Positions 1-13,625 of a stretch of DNA of 64,000 nucleotides are shown here, piece by piece. The translations under genes were made by a program, and so were the position numbers. The DNA comes from Octopus sinensis. Lineage: Eukaryota. The stretch lies in contig NC_042997.1 of the NCBI RefSeq assembly GCF_006345805.1, positions 5,084,001-5,148,000 of the forward strand. The letters run 5' to 3'. The notes under the pieces are model-generated. The model made no database searches. It worked only from the letters and a program-made list of their open reading frames with translations, and was not told the origin of the DNA. The first letter of the stretch is position 1, and every line of letters starts with the position of its first letter.

Positions 1-190
1 CACACAATATATACACACGTGCACACACACATACACACAACGCGCGCGCACGCACACACATACACACACACGCACACAGTGCACACACACACATATATAT
101 ATATACACCCGCGCATACACACACAACGTGCACACACACACACACAACACAAACACTCACACACATACATCACCTACATATATATAATGC
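1..190. repeat. Degenerate (CA)n/(TA)n microsatellite
   Basis: Direct inspection; explains the His/Thr ORF 19..234. Confidence 0.95.
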
Positions 191-2682
191 ATGCGTGTGC
201 ATGCCACCTATGTGTGGTGGTCAATGCCCGCTAGTGTGTCCTATGCGTGCCGATGCGCGCATGTGCCCGCCCGCACGATATGCTGTGAGCGTAGCGGCGC
301 GCGTCCCTGTGTGCTTGCTCTGGATGTGCTTCCAGGGGGTTATGTTAGAGTATGTTTAGAGTGTGGTCGTATTTTTGAATAAGATTACTTTCCTTATTTA
401 TTCGTGTTTGGTCTGTGGTGTTGTCCGAGAATTGGTATAGTGGGAAGACTAAGAATTTGGGGAATTATTGTGTGCACAAAGGTCTAAGTGTCCACTTAGT
501 GGTATCTGTCTTGTGGAGGGGTCCCTCAGTTGTTGTCGGTGAACTGTCATTCTGTCTCTGAGGGTAAGGCTCGTTTGCCCTATGTAATCTTCGTGGCATC
601 CTTCACACCTTATGACGTAGAGTAAATTTTTTGATGCGCACGTGAAATTATTTTTTATGATGATGTGTGTTCCCGAGTGGAACTTGTACGATGATCCCTC
701 AATGAGGTGGATGCAGGGTCTTGCAGTTGGGGCCGACCACATTTTTCGATGGGGGGCGGTGGGTTGTGTGGTGTAAATTTTGCGTTGGTGAGGAGGTTTT
801 TTAGGGATTTAGGTTGTCTCTTACTTTTATTATTTTATGAGCTGCCAGTATTTTTTTCAGGCGTGGTCTTGATTTAGTTGTGGAATGTTGTTGTATATAA
901 TAGTGTAAGCTTCTGCATTCCTTGGGTGGTGTGTTGAGAGATAAGGGAGGCTATTGACTGTACTGTGGATGTGTTTGGGTTTTCGAAGGTCTTGAATGTT
1001 GATTGATTTGGCCCGTTCTATTCCGTTGTCTACTAGTGATGCCGGGTAATGTCTTTCGAGAAGAATTGCCCTTAGTTCCGGAGTCTTCTATTTCGTGTTG
1101 TGTCATTGAGACAATAGTGCAGATTCTTCTCGCTAGGTTGAAGGGGATATTTGTCTTGTGTGTTTTGGGTGATTGGAGGTGAATAGAAGGTATTGTTTAG
1201 AGTCAGTGGGTTTGTAATGGATGTTCAGTTTCAATGTTGACGCCTTTTTTTAATGAATTAGGATGTCAAGAAAAGGGAGTTGGTCCTGATATATTCCATT
1301 GTGAATTGAATGTTGTTATTTACACTGTTGATAAGTTTTTGAAGTCTATAAGTTGGTCGAGTGTGTGGGACACATAGGATGAGGCAATCATCTAAGTAGC
1401 GTTTCCAGTTCTCCAAACAGTATTTGTGGAAAGACTGGCCGTACTTATTTTGGATTTTTCATAGATATGTGATTCCAGGTAGGCCATCACCAGGTTTGCA
1501 TAGGTAGGTGAAACTTTCGTACCCATTGCAGTACCTGAGACCTCTGTAAGTGTTGTTGTGGAAATACATGAAGTTGTTTTGCAGAATAAATTTGAGGCCC
1601 TCAATTATGAATTCTTTTTAATTCTTTCCGGGATCTCATTGGGATTATTTATCCAGCCAGAATTTAATGGCTTCCAGTCCAAATTCATGTGGGATGTGGT
1701 GTAAAGATTAATAACATCAAAAGAAACGATTAAGTGTCTTTATCGGCATGTTTGGGGAGATGGTTTAATAGGTCCAGGTCATCTCTTACAATACTTGGAA
1801 TGTGTTTCACTATTGGCTTTAAGATGATATCTAAAGTTGCTAAGTCTGTGTGTTTCACAACTTGGGCCTGCCACTATTGGTCTCAGTTTGAGATCAGTGG
1901 GATGTGGTATAGTGATGCAGGTTGAAGTGGACTTTTTGCAAGCTTCTGTGATAATTTGACTCTTGTGTATTTTTGGAAAGCCCATAGAGTGTGCTGGTTT
2001 TGCAATTAAATTTAGTAATGTAGTCGCATTCCTTTGCTGTCAAGTCATTCCGGTGTGGTAAATGAGTGCCTTCAGATTGGTCATTGTTTTGGATTGCTGG
2101 TAGTCGACTACTCTTTCGTAATATGTGGTATCGTCTAAAAGGAGAGATACAGAGTTTTTATATTGCTGTATTCATAACAACGACCGTACTACCCTTATCA
2201 GCTTCCTTTATTGTGACGTCATGATTGTCTCGTAGCGTATGGATGATTTCCCATTCTCTTTTACTGGTGTTGGGTTTCAGTTTAGGTTGTGGGAGTCACC
2301 ATAAGGGAAGTTGGAGATGTAATCGCAAAATTTGTCTAAGGTTTTCTTTTTGCCTTTTATGGGATTATAGTTGCTTTTGTTACAGACCATTGATTCGTCG
2401 ATTATTAGTTTTCCTGTCAAAAAATTCCTCTGTGAGGCGTAATTTCTGCAGAAGTGCGAGAGGTCATCCTGTATTTCCCTCAGGTTAGGGTCTAGCGGAG
2501 TTGGGGTGAATTTTAGTCCTCTTGAAAGGATTTTTATGTGGTATTCTGTCGACAGGTTTAGGTTAGAAAGATTCACTACTTTGGTTTTTCGGGGTTGGTA
2601 TCTACCATCTGGTGTCGTGGAAAGATGCCTTGCCAAAAGGAATCCTGGGGGTTATTCTATTTGTGGTATTTTGCTCATGTGA
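190..2682 (-). mobile_element. PLE1: 5'-truncated, frameshifted Penelope-like retroelement (RT + GIY-YIG), Neptune-like
   Basis: Minus-strand motifs GFPKIHK, LRPIVAG, GTAMGTKVSPTYANL, WKRYLDDCL, LPFLDIL. GIY-YIG part NLLYVIRCEGCHEDYIGQT...HRQQ...SGHLDLC continues after a frameshift to a stop at ~345. Both ends abut microsatellites. Confidence 0.93.
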
Positions 2683-2701
2683 TATATATATATATATATA
2701 T

Positions 2702-2773
<72 letters not shown>

Positions 2774-3463
2774 CATATAAGTGTACGTGAGGCAGGCGCG
2801 GCTGCGTGTGTGTGCGTTTAATATTTCGCTTATGTAGTGGGGTTCCGGAAGTGGTCTCAGGGAGTAGGTCCATGCTTTCCATGAAGCTGTTTTGCACCAC
2901 ATTCTTAAATAATCTGTCTTCGTGGTAGAGGCCGCTTGGCTTTGGAACACTTATGTCTAGAAAACTTAGGGGGGGGTAAGCAATGGGCATCAGCCCGTAG
3001 AAAAAGCCAGCTGCTATGAAGCCTCATAAATGCAAGGGAGAAATGGCATCAGCAGTGTATAAAAAAAGTATGTAGAAAACCAATATGAAGAAAATATGCG
3101 CGCGGATGACCAAGGAGATAGGGAGAGGATTTTACGAAAGTTCCCAAGAATCCGATGTTCCCTCGTAATTTCCGGTGTAAAATGGATATACATTATTTTT
3201 TGTGTTTTCTCTAGCAAATCCCATCATTATGGTTATGGAGGATCAGATTCTGAAAAAGAAGTTTTCTAAATAGCAGTTCCAAAAATTCAAATACCCCACC
3301 CACATCTTCAGCCCTTCATTTTTACATTTTTCAGATTTTTTTTTTTTTTTTGCGAAAATTCATAGAAAAATACAAATAATAGGATTCTGAAGAAAACTGT
3401 TTGTAAAATTTCAATTTTTCAAAAGAAAAAGTTTTATATCATATATATATATATTATATATTA

Positions 3464-3563
3464 NNNNNNNNNNNNNNNNNNNNNNNNNNNNNNNNNNNNN
3501 NNNNNNNNNNNNNNNNNNNNNNNNNNNNNNNNNNNNNNNNNNNNNNNNNNNNNNNNNNNNNNN
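3464..3563. other. Assembly gap (100 N)
   Basis: Run of N. Confidence 1.
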
Positions 3564-3879
3564 AGTGCTTTTGTTACAGACATTGATTCGTCGATATTAT
3601 TAGTTTTCCTGTCAAAAAATTCCTCTGTGAGGCGTAATTTTCTGCAGAAGTGCGAGATGTCATCCTGTATTTCCCTCAGGTTAGGGTATTGCGGAGTTGG
3701 GGTGAATTTTAGTCCTCTTGAAAGGATTTTTTTATTTGTGGTGTCGACAGGTTTAGGTTAGAAAGATTCACTACTTTTGGTTTTTCGGGGTTGGTATCTA
3801 CCATCTGGTGTCGTGGAACTGATTGCCTTGCCTAAAAAGGAATCCTGGGGGTTCTTCTATTTGGTATTTGCTCTATGTG

Positions 3880-3910
<31 letters not shown>

Positions 3911-3931
3911 CTATATATATATATATTATAT

Positions 3932-3973
<42 letters not shown>

Positions 3974-4596
3974 GTACGTGAGCAGGCGCGCGTGTGTGCG
4001 TTTAATATTTCGCTTATGTAGTGGGGTTCCGGAAGTGGTCTCAGGGAGTAGAGTCCCTGCTTTCCTGAGCTAGTTTTGCACCACATTTCTTAAATATCGT
4101 GGTAGAGGCCTTGGCTTTGGAACCACTTATGTCTAGAAACTTAGGTTGGGGGTAAGCAAGGGCATCAGCCCGTAGAAAAACCAGCTGCTATGAAGCCTCA
4201 TAAATGCAAGGGAGAAATGGCATCAGCCAGTGTTAAAAGTATGTAGAAAACCAATATGAAGAAAATATGCGCGCTGATGACCAAGGAGATAGGGAGAGGA
4301 TTTTACGAAAGTTCCCAAGATCCGATGTTTCCCTCGTAATTTCCGGTAAAATGGATATACATTATTTTTTTGTTGTTTTCTCTAGCAAATCCCATCATTA
4401 TGGTTATGGAGGATCAGATTCTGAAAAAGAAGTTTTCTAAAATAGCATTTCCAAAATTCAAATTGCCCCACCCACATCTTCAGCCATTCATTTTTACATT
4501 TTTTTTTTTTTTTTGCGAAATTCATAGAAAAATACAAATAATAGGATTCTGAAGAAAACTGTTTGTAAAATTTCAATTTTTCAAAAGAAAAAGTTT

Positions 4597-4630
<34 letters not shown>
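3564..4630. repeat. Near-identical direct duplicate of 2369-3463 across the gap (probable assembly overlap)
   Basis: Colinear match; differences are mostly 1-bp indels. Confidence 0.9.
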
Positions 4631-4648
<18 letters not shown>

Positions 4649-4652
4649 TAGT

Positions 4653-4700
<48 letters not shown>

Positions 4701-4740
4701 TTTGTGTGTATGTATGTATGTATGTATGTATGTATGTATA

Positions 4741-5325
4741 TAACCTCAGGCCTTCAACTAGGCTATCCACATGCTAGAAATAACAACCAAATCTCACAAA
4801 AAACTGCGATAAAATACTAAATCCGAAATATGGCCATTTTAATTTTCATATTCGTTTTCCACGCCTTTTTTACACCTATTATCCCGTTATTTTTGTTTCC
4901 TTTTCGTAATAGTGAGCGGGCGCTGCCGTGAAGCTTTTACTATAACACATACAGAAACGGAGAAAACAACTGTTCATTTTCACTTTTAGATTGTGGGATG
5001 GCGGCTTGGTGAAATTTTGCCTCGGAGTTTTTCATAATAAATTTGAATTTGTGTTTATTTTTTGTACATATACTTAATCTCCGTAGTTTCCCACGTAGAT
5101 TGATGGGGAAAAAATCGGAAAAAAGTTTACGAGAAATTGAAAAAACAACAAAAAAAAAATACTTTAATTTCACACGAATTACTTTGTCATATTACTGCGG
5201 GAAATTACTCTAAAAGAAATATTTAGAGAAAGGTGAGCAGATTGAATATATTATGCTATCGTAGATTTGTGAGAGGTGGCTGTTATTTCTAGCATGTGGA
5301 TAGCATGCTTCAAGGCCTGAGGGTA
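4741..5325. mobile_element. MITE / non-autonomous DNA transposon with ~58-bp imperfect TIRs
   Basis: Left taacctcaggccttcaactaggctatccacatgctagaaataacaaccaaatctcacaaa matches the reverse complement of 5266-5325. TA at both ends; no ORF. Confidence 0.8.
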
Positions 5326-5571
5326 TATTATATATTATATATATTATATATATATATATATATATATCCAGAGATATAGATAGATAAATAAATAGATAGG
5401 ATAGATTGACAGATAGATAGATATATACATACATACATACATGCATACATACATACATACATACATACTCACACACATACATACATATATGTATACATAT
5501 GAAAAAAATGTTTGCAGAATGTGATAAATAAACCAAGGCTGGGAAGATGTTAGAACATTTATAAATTGAAG

Positions 5572-5618
5572 GTCTTACAGCTGTTTCCGTGATATTTTTA
5601 TATCCCTTCGTCGGAGAC
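5572..5618 (-). ncRNA. Minimal type I hammerhead motif, core variant CCGACGA, GUA site
   Basis: Minus strand gtct-CCGACGA-ag-ggatat aaaa atatca-cg-GAA-ACAGCTGT-A-agac: stem I gtct/agac, palindromic stem III. Confidence 0.65.
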
Positions 5619-5882
5619 GGTGTGAGAAAATGATAAAGCAACAGTTGATTTAGATAAGATATGAAATAGAGAGTGAAGTGGAGGAATGAAAATGGACGTG
5701 ACTTATGCAGGGATATTGTATATTCAGTTCCATTATTTAGGCAGAATGGCATACATATAAAATCCCTGCACATAGTGATTAAGTTTCAATGGTATTTAAA
5801 ATTTGTCATTCCAGGTATAGAGTTCGTACACAGTGCTATTGAATCGATGTTTTATATATTACGGAGTTAAGGTGGGCGTTTC

Positions 5883-5973
5883 TTAACGTTTCTCGACCAC
5901 CCAGCTTCCTCTCGCTTCATTTCTGGGTGAGAATTGCCACTCTACACGCCGCCTTGGCCCAGGCCTTTTCCAC
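5883..5973 (-). CDS. Candidate terminal exon of an unidentified host gene
   Basis: GC-rich island after acceptor tcttcttttattgaatattcag. The open frame (WKRPGPRRRVEWQFSPRNEARGSWVVEKR*) is phase-compatible with the 6627-6864 candidate. No recognisable homology. Confidence 0.25.
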
Positions 5974-6626
5974 CTGAATATTCAATAAAAGAAGACACGA
6001 AGCATGAGAACTTTTATCATTTGATACATTTAGTGATGGGTCTCTCACACCAAGTTACATACTGTAAGTCAAACGATTGATCCTAATTGATTTTAGCTCC
6101 TGTCACTGCCTCATAGGGCTTTAGAGCTTACACACTTACTCATATATTCATCCACACATACGTGGTTTGGTCATCAAGTATCAAGACTGTTGCCATAGTA
6201 ACGAGGCTAAAGCATTCAGAGTAAAACTGCTCAGCACAGATTGACCTTGAACAGTGTTGTGCATGAGCACACAATTTGAGAGTTCCAGCTCGGAAGTAAC
6301 GAGTGTAGCGTGTGTTCATCGCATTGAATATGACAAAGTTGAACAGGGAATTTGTATCAAATTTACCTCAAAAATTTGAGTGATACCTTCTTAGAAGCCT
6401 GAAGCAATGTTTCTAAAAAAGTTTACTTCGATCTTGACACAATCTAAGAAATTTTCTGCGACTAGACGCCGAGTGTCTTTTTAGTCAGCTGAAAGCAGTT
6501 TTAGTACAAATTCGACAGACACGTTCTCATACACGAATCTGTAGTGATAATGGTCTGAACAGAACCGTAACTAATCTGTACACCCTCTGATAACTCACCG
6601 ATGGTGATTCGACTATTTCCCCTCAC

Positions 6627-6864
6627 AGCTGCACGTACATCTGCACTGATTTTCGCAGTTCCGTTGGTTGCAGGTCTCCCAGAACGTTCATCAATATCGA
6701 CATTTTTTCGGCCATCTTAGACACGTCTGAACCACCCGTACACTTGTGTGCAGCTCTCAATACACTTTCTGCAGCCTTGCGTAGGTCTCCGAGTAGGTGT
6801 CCCCGTGAAAACTTTCTGTCATGGTCAATGCGACGACCACATGCTACACATGTTTCAAGCACTG
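6627..6864 (-). CDS. Candidate coding exon of an unidentified host gene
   Basis: Non-repetitive and GC-enriched versus flanks. Acceptor ttccactgtttacag; single open frame VLETCVACGRRIDHDRKF...ELRKSVQM; donor options gtacgt or gtgagg. Confidence 0.35.
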
Positions 6865-7049
6865 CTGTAAACAGTGGAAGTCAAGTAGTACGATAAAACA
6901 TAACGCACAAGCGCAGCATAGTTCAAGGTCAATCTTGCCAAGCGTGCTTCAGCTTCGTTACTATGGTATCAGTCAATATACTTATTTAGCAGACCACGTG
7001 CGTATATAATGATATATGCATGCACGCACTCAAGCACATTTGAATGAAG

Positions 7050-7250
7050 ATGAGTGGTCCAGTGGTTAGAGTCATGATTTCACTTACTTTAAGGAGCAGT
7101 GCATTGTATCCTCAAGGAAGTTACTTTATTTTAGACAACTCAATCAACACAGCTTTAAATGGGTATCAACCGCCCACTGACTTAGTAGTCTCCCTTCCCT
7201 GCTGTTATATCCTGAATGTACCAGTTTATCAAGAACAAGGTCGCAGAGAA
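7050..7250 (+). mobile_element. Degenerate tRNA-derived SINE-like remnant
   Basis: A-box-like tggtccagtggttagag followed by an old SINE-like body (cacagctttaaatgggtatc). Confidence 0.4.
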
Positions 7251-7773
7251 AGTGTATATCTCAGCTCGCAAAAACATATAAACATAAAACAATGTAAATA
7301 TTACTAAGCCATCGTCGCATGAGGAGGACTGAGCGATGTACAAATGTGCGTGTGTTTGTGTGTGTGTGTTTGAGTTTGTATCTATATATAGATGATGCTT
7401 GTGTATTTATGTTTGTATAGCTGTGTATATACAAACATGAGTCCAGGCTCAAAAATCTATTCAATATCAATATCGGAATGTATCTATGCATAGAGATATC
7501 ATATTTGCCGATTCATTACTAATCATTAGTCCAACCTGTTACTTTTCTATTTACTATAAATATTATTCTATACTAATATTCTATTTTCACTTTATCGCAA
7601 AGCAAGAACATTTTTGTGTCTCAAATACGCAGATATTCTCACACATATTGTAATTAAAAACAATAGAGTAAAGAAATTGTGGAGCAATACATTTTAATAT
7701 ACACAAACATTTCACATTGCAGCATTTTTATCATTCGTCTTGATGTATTATTTCCTGTTTTCATGACATAATA

Positions 7774-7902
<129 letters not shown>

Positions 7903-8825
7903 AATGTAGATATCATACATATAAAAATTCAAACACGAACACAAACATACGTACGTGTTTGTACGTGTGTATATATTGTCTGGCACATGCTTGAAGTAAT
8001 TGCAGAATGAAATTTATAATTTGAAAATTGCAGCAGCTATAGATATTCTTTGAAATTTAAAACAATTCAATATCAGTAGAAATGATTCATTGATTCCAGA
8101 CAAAAAGAAATTATAATAGTTACAATATTTCGTTGTGTAAAATTTATGAAGTTAATTTTCATAAAGTCACATGAGACGTAGACAGCATCTTGAGATTTAA
8201 TAAATGATACTATATTTCTGAAGATTTAACATTTTCTATATGTTTGTAAGCGTATATTATCTCAAATTATTATATTCTAGAGAATAGAATTGTATCTGTT
8301 TTGTTATTGTGAATGCTCGATTTTACACACTAGACAATATTTGGTAAGGGAAAGCTTATTTATAAATGGCATACGTCGATTGAGTAGGATAGCCTAAGTA
8401 TATGTTAGGTAAACTGTGTATGTATTATGAATTCTAAAGTACAGTGAATATTTGTTGTTGACATATCGTATATCTTTGATATATTTTTTTTTATTTCACA
8501 TAAGAGCATGCGTTTTATGATATAAAATATTTGAACGGAAACAGAATGAATTTGCAAAGACTACATTTTTAGAAATTTTTTATTTGAAATGTCATTTTTG
8601 TTTACTTAGAAGTATGTTGCTTACCTAGTATGTGTTCTATCTTCTAGTCTCCCCTTATATCGATTTACTAATATTTATTTATAATATTATATCGATTTAC
8701 TAATGTATTTACTAATATAGTATCTTCTTCAAAGAGTGTATTGCATGTTGGAATATTTATATTCATAATGGTGGCGATATATATACATATGTGTATGTGT
8801 ATATATGAATATGTGAGCGTGTTTT

Positions 8826-8866
<41 letters not shown>

Positions 8867-9224
8867 TGTGTGTGTGTGTGTTCATGTGTGTATGAGTATG
8901 TGTGTAGGAGTGGATGTGGATATCTTTGAATAAAACACCATTAAAGAAAAACATTTTTTCATTTCCTCTACGTTACTTGAGAAATAGCTAAAAGACGGAC
9001 AGTCTCACCCAAATGCAGACACCCAAATATGCATAAATACATACATGCTGACATGCACACAAGCACGCACACACATAAATACACACACACATATGCACAC
9101 ACATACGTTTGTATAGATGTATGAGTGTATATGTGTGTGTAGATACATATGTGTATGTATATGTAGGTAGCTATACATATACACATGCACACACACAAAC
9201 ATACAAACATACATACGTGACTAT

Positions 9225-9700
<476 letters not shown>

Positions 9701-11339
9701 TTGCTAGATCAACTTTTCTCCGCTACTATTCGTGAAGACGATATTGTCGATAATGAGAGATGTAAGTAGCTGTTGCGAAGCAGTGAATAGAAGTAGATAC
9801 TTAATACTGCCATTAGTGTCTGCTTTTATGTTTGACATTGCCACCATAATGGAAATAAGAATATTATAAGACAACTCTCCTGGCGAGTTTACAAGAAATA
9901 TTCCAGTAAAGTCGAGCGCATGCCCAAACCAAGAAATATCGGTTTATCTATAATGCGAGATCAGATCGAAATTGGTAGGAAGATAATTCCAACAATCGTG
10001 TTGTCTTTTTCTCTAGCATGTACTCCTAAATGATGCAATTCGAGCTAATGAGAAGTCCCCTTGATGTAACATGCCCCAAATTCCATTGTCAAATGCAATT
10101 TGATAGGGTGGTTTATGTTAAGGCAATTACCTTGAAACCAGATTCTTAAAACATCTAGAAATATATGAAATTACTTTGATGGTAGAGTGAGAATTAACAT
10201 GTATGTTAGTTGATTGTGAAGAAAGCGGATTTACTGAAGCTGTAACATCAATGAAAGAGGAATCAAAGATAATACAAACTCCCTGGTATATGCTGTTGGA
10301 TTGTGTGGGTCATATTGTTTGTGTAGGCCAGGAAAGTGAGTTGAGAGCTAAAAGAAAATCGTGTGTTGCAATTATTGTTTTGTATCTTGGAGCCATTCAA
10401 GAAGTAGTAGTTTTAATATATGCTTCTCAGCGCTCTCTAACAAGGCTCAGAGGAATATGGTAGCAATAGAAATCGCAGCAAGCAGCACTATAGCAGTCAA
10501 ACGAGATGAGATGAGTAGAAAAAACTGCAGCATATACGATTAGAGCGATCAACCAATACAATGCGATTAGAAAACAATATTCAGCTGGCACCTGCAGAAA
10601 AGAAGCCATATCGAAACATGTTTTGCATTCGCAGTTAAGGCTCCTGAGAAGATATGCGTCATTTTTTAAATATGACTCGTACGACACACAATAACATGAT
10701 TATAAAATATGATATAACATTATAACGATTCAGATTACACAGCTACCTGTTGTATGACAATTGTGAAAATGCCTAAGATCATGCTCTTTGAATACATGAG
10801 CAATCATCATCAACGCAAAATAGATGAATTTCACAGTTGTCACAGTTTTGACTCAACACTTTTAATATTTATCCAGTAGACCTAGAGTTAGTATCTAGTT
10901 TTATCTTCTTTTTTTTCAGAAAGGGTCTCATATCAGTGTGTATATTGAAAAATAAATTAACGACATGATGTGTGCATCCAGCTTTACCAATATTCTCTGT
11001 ACAGAATGGTAGAAAACAACCCAAAGATTCTCTTCATTATATCATTGAAACCACTTTAAACCGAGCTGGAAGACACTTGGAACACCGATACTGCATATAA
11101 ACTGTCTGAAAGAAGATGTCACATTGTGTTTCCGACGAGGTTGAAACCTATCTAACATGTAGAGGAAATTACGTCTTGCTCACTCAATCAGCAGAGCAGC
11201 GTCATATAATAGTTATAACAAGGCAGACATATTGGCCGTAGCTTCCTTTAGTTTAATCGACACGCTCTATCACCATAGATCGAACTGGGAGCAACTAGCA
11301 TCTGTTAAGAATCGCAAATAATCATAGATAGTAAAACAA

Positions 11340-11620
11340 TCTCGTCACGTGCAAGAATCTTGCAAAATACCTCGAGTGGAAGAAACAAATGCTAGGGGAA
11401 AAGATGGAATTTCGTGAGAAGGCAGAGAGTGCGAAAGAAAAGGTGGCATTGGTATTATCATGCTTAATGAATCTACATCGAAAATTACTTCATCACACAG
11501 GCTAATAAATATTTGTCCCTCAGAAAAGTCTGCACGCGAGATACTCCACACAAATAAGCCGACATGTAACAGCGAAGAACATGATGAAGTATAAGAAGAC
11601 CTGGAGAAAGTGTACTTATT
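11340..11620 (+). pseudogene. Highly degenerate RTE-type apurinic endonuclease remnant
   Basis: Translates to GGIGIIM...RLINI...PTCNSEEHDEV*EDLEKV, resembling the RTE APE GVGI...YAPT...FYEDL region. Confidence 0.45.
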
Positions 11621-12434
11621 ACAAATCCACTTTTACTGTTATACTGTTATACTCCAATTGGAAAGGTCCGTTACGAGTAGTTAGGTAAGAATTGTGTTAA
11701 AAAAATTTGGAAAGAAATCAAAATAAAGAACGTTTAGTTGCATCAACATAGACACAAAGTCTTTACATTTGGAGCAACGTGGTCAAGGAATGAATTGAGA
11801 AGAAGTGAATCTGAATAATCTTCAACATTCAGCAAGGAAATAAGAAGGCACTATATAAATCGTTGATGTCGGTGGAAGTGATGTTTACACCGATCATTTT
11901 AAATCTGTATTAATGATCTATATATAGCCGCATCAGTTTGAGAATGGAAGCTAACGAATAGTGATAAGACCTTGGAAAAATATGACATAATATTTAAATA
12001 ATGTGCATGCAGGCATTTCTATATGTATATATAGACATACATACATTAATATGTGAACGTATGTGCACTAAACCACACGTGTGTGTAAGCTTGCTTCTTC
12101 GCGGTTGCTTGTATGAGGGAAATATATGCGCCATACAATCTACGCGAGAGTGTTTATACATCCATATCTGTTAACTGTTGTTTTTGATACTTTTTCGCTG
12201 TAGTGTGTCTTCCTTTCATTTGTACATCTCTTATTTTATTATTAATCTATTTAAAAAAAGCTGCATCCTTTAATTAGCTGCTTTTCTTTACAGGAAATGA
12301 GAAAATACATTAAAGAAATGTTATTTTAACGAGTTATATCTATTTATCAAACGAATTGATACATATGCACTGTCGGATACACCTAAACCAGTTGTTAGGT
12401 AACCCACGATGCTATATGTGTCAAAACATATATA

Positions 12435-12474
<40 letters not shown>

Positions 12475-12529
12475 TATATATGCATATATACATACATACA
12501 TATATACATGCATACATATATATACATAT

Positions 12530-12599
<70 letters not shown>

Positions 12600-13213
12600 C
12601 AGGAGTTGGACAAAATGATGGTAACACCTAGCATCATACCATCATAATTTTGAGATATCTATAAAACCGTCAAAAGCTTGTTCATTTTTGTTTTTATATT
12701 TATTATTAGTGTTGCTTAATATGTTTTGCTAAAATTGCTGTTTCTTTTCAGATTTCATCAGAAAAAGGTCATTACAATGACAGAATCCTCGAACTTTGAA
12801 ATAGGTCAAATTGTTGGTGCTCGTAAGGCAGTAGCTAGCGTAACGAAAGCAGCTGAAATTTTTGGTGTATCGAAGTAGTACTGTCTCGAATCTAGTGAGA
12901 AACTTTGAGAAAGAGGGAAGAACCTCCTCGTCAAAAACCTCGGAAGAAAACCAAAACTTTCAGACAGGGACTGTCAGAGACGCGAATTGTAAGAAAGAAT
13001 TACAAAAGTATAGCGCTTAAAATTATTACAGAGCTTAATGATCACCTCGAGAACCAACCTTCCACAAAAACTGTTCGCTGGGACCTTCACAAAGCCGGAT
13101 TTCACGGGAGGCCTGCAATCAGAAAACTACTACTTTCAAAAAGAAATTTTGCAAAGCGTTTAGAGTGAAGTAAAAATTTACGGAATTGGTCCCTAGAACA
13201 ATGGAGGAATGTA
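12600..13213 (+). mobile_element. Tc1-like transposon, left TIR and N-terminal HTH only
   Basis: TA|caggagttggacaaaatgatgg TIR. Frameshifted MTESSNFEIGQIVGAR...GRKPKLSDRD...KTVRWDLHKAGFHGRPAIRK...WSLEQWRNV, cut before the DDE domain. Confidence 0.88.
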
Positions 13214-13625
13214 TGGTAGAAGCCATAGCCGCTCATACTAAAAAAGCTGTACGTTCCCGTGAAACCTCATTAAAATGTAAGCACAACAGACCTGATATAA
13301 TGATCTGGGATTGAGAAGAGAAACTGTGTATAGTTGTGGAAATCAGTTTTCCAGTGGGTGTTACCACAAAGCTGAGGATCAGTGAAAAAGGGAATATCTA
13401 CGATGAACTATTGAACAGTCTTAAGTTACACTAGATTACAAGATCAGGTTTAGACCTGCAATTATTGGGGTACTGGTTTAGGTAACACACTACATAAATT
13501 CCAATCATGAAAGATCAGGCTTCTCAAAACCAGAAAGGAGAAACCTTATTGGAAGACTACAGATCCAATCCATCACAGGAACTGTAAAAATCTGTAAAAC
13601 TTCCCAGAGTTTATCATTTAAATAT
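13214..13625 (+). mobile_element. 3' fragment of an RLE-type non-LTR retrotransposon
   Basis: KHNRPDIMIWD*EEKLCIVVEISFP (PD..D/E restriction-like endonuclease) and ...IQSITGTVKICKT; followed by (TACA)n. Confidence 0.75.

Noticed and set aside
4274-4320. CTGATGA...GAAA in the duplicated segment
   Set aside because: No stem II or stem I pairing, and the other copy reads CGGATGA.
5940-5975. GGKGLGQGGV resembling the histone H4 tail
   Set aside because: Stop follows immediately and there is no further H4 similarity.
10588-10625. CTGCAGA...GAAACATGT hammerhead-like string
   Set aside because: No stem II; chance match.
10203-10687. Hydrophobic ORFs as membrane-protein exons
   Set aside because: No convincing splice signals or recognisable motifs.
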